Shown here piece after piece: positions 1-7,374 of a DNA stretch of 45,317 nucleotides. The notes under the pieces were generated by a model. That model did not search any database and was not told the origin of the DNA. It saw nothing but the letters and a program-made list of their open reading frames with translations. Position numbers and translations under genes: made by a program. The number at the start of each line of letters is the position of its first letter. Position 1 is the first letter of the stretch. Source of the DNA: Bdellovibrionales bacterium (GTDB lineage Bacteria > Bdellovibrionota > Bdellovibrionia > Bdellovibrionales > UBA1609); assembly GCA_050633065.1 (NCBI GenBank), contig JBOEFV010000027.1, forward strand, positions 3,760 to 49,076. Reading direction: 5' to 3'.

Positions 1-263
1 TCGATCGACTGATACAAAGCACACTTTTTAAATCTTTTGGAGCGAGAACAAACTTGCCTTATAAAGTGCCACGGTGCTGACGTCGTTTTTCGCAATCGCA
101 AAACGAGCTGCTTGTTTTGAGGAAAGAGCGAAAAGTACGTAGAGTCTAGAATTTCCAATACGGTCACTGCGCCACCACAACCCCGAAGATTTCAGCCCTA
201 GATTGCTGTTTAGAAGGTGCTGAGCGGCTACAATCAACCCGCAATTTGATGGGTTGAGGAACG

Positions 264-1139
264 ATGACACCGTCTAAAGGCCGTTTCATTCTGTTTGTAT
301 ATGCCGTCTTGTTTCCGGTATTGCTGGTCGTTCAGTCTCTACTTTGGAAGGATCATCCCTGGCTTTGGTTGCTCATGGGCTTGGGGCCGGGGGCGCATAG
401 CCTGCTTCAGCTAGGACTTATACAACACGAGTTAGGGCATCGGTACTACTTTAAGGGAGCCTACCTAAATCGCCTGGCCTACACGTTTCTTGCATTCTAT
501 TTGTGCTCCGATCCTCAATTCGATCGGATCGTTCACCCGACCCATCACAAGAACCTCCACACCTTCGAAGACCTCGAACTCTGGCCTCGGGGAAAACCTT
601 CGACAAAGTCTGCGGCCCGGCAACAATTGGTTCTTGAACTGATGTTCGGTAGGGCGGCTTGGGTGTTTGCGGCGCTCCCTGCCATTCGAGCCTCCAAAGA
701 ATATCGTTGGTGGAAAGAACTCGGCTTTCTCTTGAGTCTCCTTGGCTTTCATTTAATCTTGGCCCGCATCTGCGTTTCCTTGGGTGGTCCTTGGTACGCC
801 ATGTTCGCCACTATCTTTTTCAATCTTTGGGTGGCGTCGGTTCTCTCCCGCTATCTTCAGTTTATAGAGCATCTTGGGATTTTGGCTCCAGAGCTTCCGT
901 TGGCAGAGCGCAATCTTCTGTGTCGCAATGTGGGTCGAGATCACTGGATGGATCGGGTCTGGCACGTCATGACATCCTGTGACACAGAGAACCATCAGGA
1001 CCATCACACCCATCCGGAAGCACCGGTGCGGGTTCCATTTGGAGGCGCAAACAACACGGTGTTGCCCATCGTCTCTATTTGCGAGCTTCCTACTATTGTT
1101 CGAAGCTATTGGGATGATCCCTTCCGTGTGACCCAATAG
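264..1139 (+). CDS. Membrane fatty acid desaturase-family (di-iron) protein
   Basis: Three His boxes HELGH, HPTHH and HQDHHTHP with hydrophobic segments between them; GAGGA ribosome-binding site before the ATG. Confidence 0.85.
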   Translation: MTPSKGRFILFVYAVLFPVLLVVQSLLWKDHPWLWLLMGLGPGAHSLLQLGLIQHELGHRYYFKGAYLNRLAYTFLAFYLCSDPQFDRIVHPTHHKNLHTFEDLELWPRGKPSTKSAARQQLVLELMFGRAAWVFAALPAIRASKEYRWWKELGFLLSLLGFHLILARICVSLGGPWYAMFATIFFNLWVASVLSRYLQFIEHLGILAPELPLAERNLLCRNVGRDHWMDRVWHVMTSCDTENHQDHHTHPEAPVRVPFGGANNTVLPIVSICELPTIVRSYWDDPFRVTQ

Positions 1140-1239
1140 GACCCCCACTCGAATACACTGTGCGGAGAGCCTCAAGAAAATAGGGGCGCAACACTGGGGC
1201 GCTGCGGGACGTCTTACCTTAAGAACGGGAAATCATTTT

Positions 1240-2787
1240 ATGAAACCAAATCTTCTGTCCCCATCGATTTTGCTCGCGTCGTTTCTTATGGCCGCTTGGG
1301 GTGCCACCCTTGCCGCAGCTCCCGCCTTCTTTGCCTACCCCCAATCCAATGGCTCGGGCGGAACGAACTGGCTGCCGATGTACCCCCGCAAGGGAGGGGG
1401 AGAAATTGGGTTTCGCCAAGTCGGTCCGGCCATTGAGGCAGTCGATGAAGCCGGGGACGTTCTCTGGAGCAAAACCGTAGAGTCGGATTCCAAGAAAGTC
1501 TCGCTATCGGGCGGGATGGATCTGGATCAGGATGGCACCACCGATCTCGTTTTGATTTACCAAGAGCCCACGGGAGGATCGTGCGGGCCGGAGCTTTTGT
1601 ATCAGACCCAAATCGAGCTTCGCTCGGGAGAAACCGGACTGACCCTGTATGGGTCACAGGCTCAGGTCGATAAATGCTGGAGCTTCCCCACCCAAAGTTA
1701 TCCGACTCGCCAATGGACGAACCTCGCACCACTTTTCGGCAAGAAGGGTTTCTTGGCGCTTCAGCCCTATTACGCCACGCAGGGTTGGCTGTTTGATTTC
1801 TCGAAACGACCCCACACCCTCGGGGCCTATCTTTTTCCCTCGACTCAGCAATTCGACAACACCTATCCGGCGGCTCGAGTGGGCATAAAGGGGTGGAGCT
1901 TTCAGAAAGATGCCCACGTGGCCAATGGTCTTATCGTCGATCAGGGGGGCGAGTCTCGCCTGATCTTTTTCACCAGCAACCGAGTCGTAGATTACAAAAT
2001 GACGCCACTCGGGCCGAACCAACTGGTGCGCCAGCTTCGATATTATCCGGGTGGGCGAGGCGATTTATCGGGGCGAAACTATGGCCTGGTGGGGCAAGAT
2101 CCCCACCAACCCAATCTGGTCTATCTCATTGCGGGCTCCTCCGCGGCGACGGTGATGTCTGATCTTCAACAAGGTCGACGCGGCGCGACCGATGAGTGGG
2201 GGCAGATCGAGCGGCACATTACCCGTTATGACTGGGTCCGGGGCATTATCGAAGACCGCTTTTTCTCTAGCGCTCACGACAATAACTCCACCCATAAATG
2301 GCACAAGCGCATCGCCTACCCCGCCAATCCTTTTGTACGTCGTTCTCGGGGAACCCCGTCTCGATTGGCCTATAACGTCTATACCGCGGGCCTTTGGTCT
2401 TTACACATCAGTGACACGGGCGGCCTTCAAGATACCTACGCGTTGGCGGGGTTATTCCTTTGGGATATTCGCGACCTCGATGGCGACGGAATCGACGAGT
2501 GGATCGTTTCTCCCACTCCCCAGGGAGCCGCTTCCGCCACTCTAGAAGGCTATTTTCCAAAGAAAGAGACTCTCATTTACCGCTGGGACGAGGGGAAGAA
2601 AAACCTACAAACCGTCAGTCGTTTTCCCGGGCTGCCGAAGCTGCTCCCCCGATTTCGCTCTCCCGGGACATCCAATTCTTCGGGGCTTGCCTATCCGGTG
2701 AGCCTGGGACCTAGCGGCGGTTTGCTGCTGACCACACCTTCGGGTGCGGTCACCACCCACAACTGGAAAGCCACCCCAGAAGAGTAA
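1240..2787 (+). CDS. Secreted hypothetical protein with FG-GAP/VCBS-like calcium-binding motifs
   Basis: 515 aa ORF; N-terminal signal peptide; motifs DLDQDGTTDL and DLDGDGIDEW; beta-rich composition. Confidence 0.65.
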   Translation: MKPNLLSPSILLASFLMAAWGATLAAAPAFFAYPQSNGSGGTNWLPMYPRKGGGEIGFRQVGPAIEAVDEAGDVLWSKTVESDSKKVSLSGGMDLDQDGTTDLVLIYQEPTGGSCGPELLYQTQIELRSGETGLTLYGSQAQVDKCWSFPTQSYPTRQWTNLAPLFGKKGFLALQPYYATQGWLFDFSKRPHTLGAYLFPSTQQFDNTYPAARVGIKGWSFQKDAHVANGLIVDQGGESRLIFFTSNRVVDYKMTPLGPNQLVRQLRYYPGGRGDLSGRNYGLVGQDPHQPNLVYLIAGSSAATVMSDLQQGRRGATDEWGQIERHITRYDWVRGIIEDRFFSSAHDNNSTHKWHKRIAYPANPFVRRSRGTPSRLAYNVYTAGLWSLHISDTGGLQDTYALAGLFLWDIRDLDGDGIDEWIVSPTPQGAASATLEGYFPKKETLIYRWDEGKKNLQTVSRFPGLPKLLPRFRSPGTSNSSGLAYPVSLGPSGGLLLTTPSGAVTTHNWKATPEE

Positions 2788-2788
2788 T

Positions 2789-3637
2789 ATGCAGGCTGTG
2801 CCTGTCTCTTCCTCTCCGATTCGTCTTACCTCGCTTCAGTCAAGGGTGCACCACCCGGTGCACCGGGCCCTCGCATTGGCTTTAGAGCACCGGATTGGCG
2901 AGAGGGTCGAGCCCGTCCTGGAAGGCGACTGGCGGGTTGTCCGGGAGCAGCTTTTTGAGGGACACATTCAGCTGGGCACGCTTTGCAGCCCCTATTATCT
3001 AGCCGAACAAGAAAACGAGCACCCGCGGTTGGTCTGTTTGGCCGGGCTTGCGTCGGAGTCCTTTGAAAGCCTTGGAAAACCCCTCTATTGCTCGAAGCTG
3101 ATTGTGCTCGACTCCAGTTCTTTTCAGACCGTGGAAAGCCTCCGAGGCGCCCGAGTGGGCTATAACGAGCCTCATTCTTTATCGGGGCATCATTCGCTCC
3201 GTATTTTCTTTCAAGAACGCGGCACTCCTCACGATTTTTTCGGATCGGTTTTCAAGACAGGGGGACACCGTGCCTCTCTGCGGGCTTTAAGGGCTAAGAA
3301 GGTCGATGTGGTTGCCCTCGATTCGACGGTGGAGGACTATTTTCTGCGGTTCGATCCGAAACCCTTGGAAGAGCTTCGGACCCTGGCGACCATCGGGCCG
3401 TTTCCGCATCCTCCTTTGGTGGGCCACCGCTCGTTAGGAGAGGAGCGGCTCGCTCAAATTCGGTTGGCATTGCTTTCCTTGTGTGAAGACCAGGGGCTGA
3501 CCGAGCAGCTCAGACGATTTGGTTTCCACGGACTTTTGCCCTACCAGCCCGAGGATATGCAAGCCCTCGCAGAGCGGTTGAAAGGGTCCTCGAATGTGCG
3601 CCTAGCGCCAGAGCACCATTCTTTGGTGGGAATCTGA
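2789..3637 (+). CDS. PhnD/phosphonate-binding-protein-like protein, no signal peptide
   Basis: Motifs PLYCSKLIV, LRGARVGYNEPHSLSGH, TGGHRASL, DVVALDS, GPFPHPPLV typical of the PhnD-like family. Start placed at ATG 2789, one base after the upstream stop; the ORF track opens at 2744. Confidence 0.8.
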   Translation: MQAVPVSSSPIRLTSLQSRVHHPVHRALALALEHRIGERVEPVLEGDWRVVREQLFEGHIQLGTLCSPYYLAEQENEHPRLVCLAGLASESFESLGKPLYCSKLIVLDSSSFQTVESLRGARVGYNEPHSLSGHHSLRIFFQERGTPHDFFGSVFKTGGHRASLRALRAKKVDVVALDSTVEDYFLRFDPKPLEELRTLATIGPFPHPPLVGHRSLGEERLAQIRLALLSLCEDQGLTEQLRRFGFHGLLPYQPEDMQALAERLKGSSNVRLAPEHHSLVGI

Positions 3638-3694
3638 GGTACTCTAGGAGGCCTTCCGAGAGACCTCTTGGAAGAGACCACTGAGGACTGCTCG

Positions 3695-4570
3695 ATGATC
3701 GCTTCATCTCGTGCCCTTCTAGGCACCACCCTGGCTGTTTTTTGCCTAACATCTGCGGCGTTTGCCGAGGGATCCCATGCAGGACACTCCCACGGACCCG
3801 GCGACGGCCATGATCACGGTCATGACCACGGATCTCACAGCGTAGATCCACTGCAAGATATCTTAGCCAATGCACCCAAGCGCGAACTCACAGCGGAAGA
3901 AAAAATGATGCAAGCAGAACAAGAAATGATGGCGACCTATTTGATTGGCTATCAAGTCGGTCAGCAGCTCAAAGAGAACCTTCAGCATGTAAAGTTCGAA
4001 GACTTTGTAACCGGTCTTAGAGATGCGGCGGAAGGCAAAAAGCCTGCGGTCGACGCCGAAGAAGGCGCCAAAGCGATGGCAGTCTTTCATGAAATCATGA
4101 AAGAGCGTGCCGAAGAGATGGCGAAAGCTGCCTCTGCTGCCAACCTTAAAATCGGCGAAGCTTTCTACAAAGAGCAAGACGCACGCAAAGAAACCAAGAA
4201 AACCGAAAGCGGATTGCTCTACGAGGTCTTGACTGAGGGCAAAAAAGACGGCAAAAAACCCGGTCCCACCGACAAGGTTACGGTGAACTATGAGGGAACC
4301 CTCATCGACGGCACGGTCTTCGATAGCTCGTATGCCCGAGGAAAACCCACAAGCTTCCCTTTGAACCGAGTGATTTCCGGTTGGACCGAAGGCCTTCAGC
4401 TAATGAAGCCGGGTGCGACCTACCGATTTGTGATCCCACCGGCTTTGGCCTATGGCAAGCGAGGTGCCGGTGCGGATATCGGACCCGACGCCACTTTGAT
4501 CTTCAAAGTCGAATTGATCTCGATTGATGGCCCCGAAAAGCCACGAGCCGGAAGCTTCAGCGGAAAATAA
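3695..4570 (+). CDS. fkpA: FKBP-type peptidyl-prolyl isomerase (FkpA/Mip type) with signal peptide and His-rich N-terminus
   Basis: TESGLLYEVL, VTVNYEGTLIDGTVFDSSY, VISGWTEGLQLM, IPPALAYG; helical dimerisation domain (YLIGYQVG); GAGGA at 3683-3687 favours ATG 3695. Confidence 0.93.
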   Translation: MIASSRALLGTTLAVFCLTSAAFAEGSHAGHSHGPGDGHDHGHDHGSHSVDPLQDILANAPKRELTAEEKMMQAEQEMMATYLIGYQVGQQLKENLQHVKFEDFVTGLRDAAEGKKPAVDAEEGAKAMAVFHEIMKERAEEMAKAASAANLKIGEAFYKEQDARKETKKTESGLLYEVLTEGKKDGKKPGPTDKVTVNYEGTLIDGTVFDSSYARGKPTSFPLNRVISGWTEGLQLMKPGATYRFVIPPALAYGKRGAGADIGPDATLIFKVELISIDGPEKPRAGSFSGK

Positions 4571-4597
4571 TCTTAAAAAGAAGACTTCGAATATCTT

Positions 4598-4629
4598 AAA
4601 AACAAGGTCCATAGGGGCCTTGTTTTTTT
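4598..4629 (+). terminator. Rho-independent terminator after fkpA
   Basis: AAAAACAAGGTCC-ATAG-GGGCCTTGTTTTT stem-loop followed by a T run. Confidence 0.75.
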
Positions 4630-4736
4630 GTGTTCCGCTCTCCGAGGCGCTCTGTTTGCGTTCTTTTAGAGAACAAACATACCCATGAGGTCGTCTCTCG
4701 CGGTACGTTCCGCACCTAACGAAAGGGCGTTTTTCC

Positions 4737-7364
4737 ATGCGCCATCCATGGCTGGTCTCTTCAATTCTGGGTCTCGTTGCCTCCGCCGCACTTTTCGCTG
4801 GTGGGGAAGCCCAAGGCAATCTTCTCAAAGAAGCGGCAATGGCTCGCTCCAAGAAGATTTCGAAAATTCACTACGATCTCAATCTCGACTTTGATCTCGG
4901 TGCCAAGCGCAAAGAGGAATACACCGGTAAGGTGATCGTCAGTTTTCACCTGACGGGAGACCCAAGCGGGCTCTTTCTCGATTTCAACGGCAAGCTTTCT
5001 TCAGGAAAGCCGGTGCGAAGCCTGGCAGTCAACGGCAAAACCGTTTCCAAAATCCGCCACGAAGCAGGCCAATTGCACCTCCCGGCAAAATTGCTCCAAA
5101 AAGGCCCCAACACTGTGAAGGTGGAATACACCTGTAACTACGACAACGACGGGGCGGGCCTTCACAAGATCGAAGACCCTGCAGACGGGCGCACCTATCT
5201 TTACACCCATTTTGAGCCTTTCGATGCCAACCGCATGTTCCCGTGTTTCGATCAGCCCGATTTGAAAGCGCGCTATACGCTCGAAGTCGATGCTCGTGAC
5301 GACTGGACGGTCGTGTCGGGCGGTGCCCTTGAGGCCAAGAAGCCTGGCAACGTCTTTCGTTTTCGGCAGACAGAAACCTACAGCCCGTACATCTTTGCTT
5401 TGGTCGCCGGTCCGTTTCGGGTTTGGGAAGACAAGAAAGCTCGCATCCCCAGTCACCTTTTGGTCACAGAGTCGATGGCAAAATACGCCGACCCCGAAGA
5501 GATCTTCGAAGTCACTCGCCAAGGTTTTGATTTCTTCGAGAAATATTTCGAAGTGGACTATCCCTTCGGAAAGTACGATCAGATCTTTGTTCCCCAGTTC
5601 AACTGGGGTGCGATGGAAAATGTCGGTTGCGTGATTTTCAACGACCGAATGATCTTCCGCAAGAAAGCGACCGAGCTAGACCGAGAACGCCGCGCCAACA
5701 CCATCCTCCACGAAATGGCACACATGTGGTTCGGCGATATCGTGACCATGAAATGGTGGAACGACCTGTGGCTCAACGAAAGTTTTGCGACGTATATGGC
5801 CCACCTTGGGTTGACCAAAGCCACCCGCTTTAAAGGGGCCTGGGAAACCTTTGCGAGTCGAATTAAAGGCTGGGCATATTGGCAAGATCAGTTGCCAACC
5901 ACCCACCCCATCGAAACAGCAGTACCCGACACGAAGACTACGTTCACCAACTTCGACGGCATCACCTACGGCAAGGGAGCCTCTGTATTGAAACAGCTCG
6001 CCTTCTTTGTCGGAGAAGACGCCTTCCAAAAGGGTGTGGCCAACTATCTGAAAAAGCATCAATTCGGAAATGCCACCCGAGCTGATTTCATTCGCTCGAT
6101 CGGCAAAGCAGCCAACGAAGATCTCACCGAGTGGACCAAGCTGTGGCTGCAATCTTCCGGAACCAATACGATTACTCCTAAGATCAAGACTCGAGACGGC
6201 AAAATTAAGTCGTTTGTCCTTGAACAGTCGAAAGGCAACGGAGCCTCTGTGTTTCGACCGCATCGTCTCAAGGTCGGGCTTTATGATCGCAAAGGCAAAA
6301 AGCTGGTTCTGCGAGAGGCCAAGACCGTTCGGGTCGAGGGAAAATACACGCGGGTGAAAGCCTATGAAGGCAAAGCCGCCCCGGACTTCGTATTTGCAAA
6401 CTACGGAGATCACGCATTCGCCAAGACCTTCTTAGATCCGATAAGTCTTGAGTACGCCAAAAAGGAACTCGAAAGCCTTCCTGACTCGATGCTTCGAGCG
6501 GCTGTTTGGCAAACAGCTTGGTTCATGGTCCGAGACCTTGCCACTTTGCCAACCGAATACCTAGATCTCTTTCTTGCGAAGGCCTCTACAGAGAAAGATC
6601 CCAAGGTACTTTCCGGCATTCTTGGCAATGTGAGAACCGCTTTGAATCGGTATCTTCCCACTCGAAAGAAATACGCCTATTCGGACAAGGTTCGAAAATT
6701 GGCTTGGTCCCAAGCACGGAAAGTAAAGGCTGGTTCTGATCTTCAGAAAGCGTGGTTCGATATGGGAGCCGCTCTCACCAGCAATAAAGTGCACGCTCGG
6801 TACGTTTCGAACTTGCTTACCGGCAAGGCCAAAATTAAAGGCGTGACCTTGGATCAACCGACTCGCTGGAACCTGCTGGCCCGACTGTGTTCTGTGAACT
6901 ATCGCGGCTCCCAGAAAATGCTGGACGAGGAAAAGCAACGGGACAAAAGCCAAAAAGGTGCCGCAGCCGCATTTCGAGCAGAAGCTTCGTTTCCGGATAA
7001 GGCTCATAAAGAAGCCGCCTGGAAACGTTTCGTAGGCGATACGAAGACTCCGCTGGATCACTTAAGAGAAGGCATGCGAGGCTTCTGGTGGCCCCACCAA
7101 AGTCGATTGCTGAAGCCTTATGCGAAGCGATTTTACGGTGCCCTCGAAGGGATCGCCTCCAAGCGAGGCGGCTACTACGTCGAAGCCTTCGTGGAGAATC
7201 TGTTTCCGAGTGTGATTATCACCAAGGCCAACCAAAAAGCGGCTGCCGCTTTGATTCGGGCAAACGATCCGGCGCTTTCGAGTGTGCTTCGTTCTGTAAA
7301 AGAGTCCAATTCAGAATTAGAACGAGCGCTTGCGATTCGAGCTTCGTTTAAGAAAAAGAACTAG
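4737..7364 (+). CDS. pepN: Aminopeptidase N (M1 family), with signal peptide, copy 1
   Basis: GAMEN, HEMAH...WWNDLWLNESFA zinc motif, NFDGITYGKGAS, FPCFDQPDLKA; hydrophobic N-terminus. Confidence 0.96.
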   Translation: MRHPWLVSSILGLVASAALFAGGEAQGNLLKEAAMARSKKISKIHYDLNLDFDLGAKRKEEYTGKVIVSFHLTGDPSGLFLDFNGKLSSGKPVRSLAVNGKTVSKIRHEAGQLHLPAKLLQKGPNTVKVEYTCNYDNDGAGLHKIEDPADGRTYLYTHFEPFDANRMFPCFDQPDLKARYTLEVDARDDWTVVSGGALEAKKPGNVFRFRQTETYSPYIFALVAGPFRVWEDKKARIPSHLLVTESMAKYADPEEIFEVTRQGFDFFEKYFEVDYPFGKYDQIFVPQFNWGAMENVGCVIFNDRMIFRKKATELDRERRANTILHEMAHMWFGDIVTMKWWNDLWLNESFATYMAHLGLTKATRFKGAWETFASRIKGWAYWQDQLPTTHPIETAVPDTKTTFTNFDGITYGKGASVLKQLAFFVGEDAFQKGVANYLKKHQFGNATRADFIRSIGKAANEDLTEWTKLWLQSSGTNTITPKIKTRDGKIKSFVLEQSKGNGASVFRPHRLKVGLYDRKGKKLVLREAKTVRVEGKYTRVKAYEGKAAPDFVFANYGDHAFAKTFLDPISLEYAKKELESLPDSMLRAAVWQTAWFMVRDLATLPTEYLDLFLAKASTEKDPKVLSGILGNVRTALNRYLPTRKKYAYSDKVRKLAWSQARKVKAGSDLQKAWFDMGAALTSNKVHARYVSNLLTGKAKIKGVTLDQPTRWNLLARLCSVNYRGSQKMLDEEKQRDKSQKGAAAAFRAEASFPDKAHKEAAWKRFVGDTKTPLDHLREGMRGFWWPHQSRLLKPYAKRFYGALEGIASKRGGYYVEAFVENLFPSVIITKANQKAAAALIRANDPALSSVLRSVKESNSELERALAIRASFKKKN

Positions 7365-7374
7365 GGGATAGTAG

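Noticed and set aside
1-270. 80-aa minus-strand ORF 28-270 and possible gene end at the window start
   Set aside because: No recognisable motifs or RBS, and it overlaps the desaturase start; plus-strand frames close early. Left unannotated.
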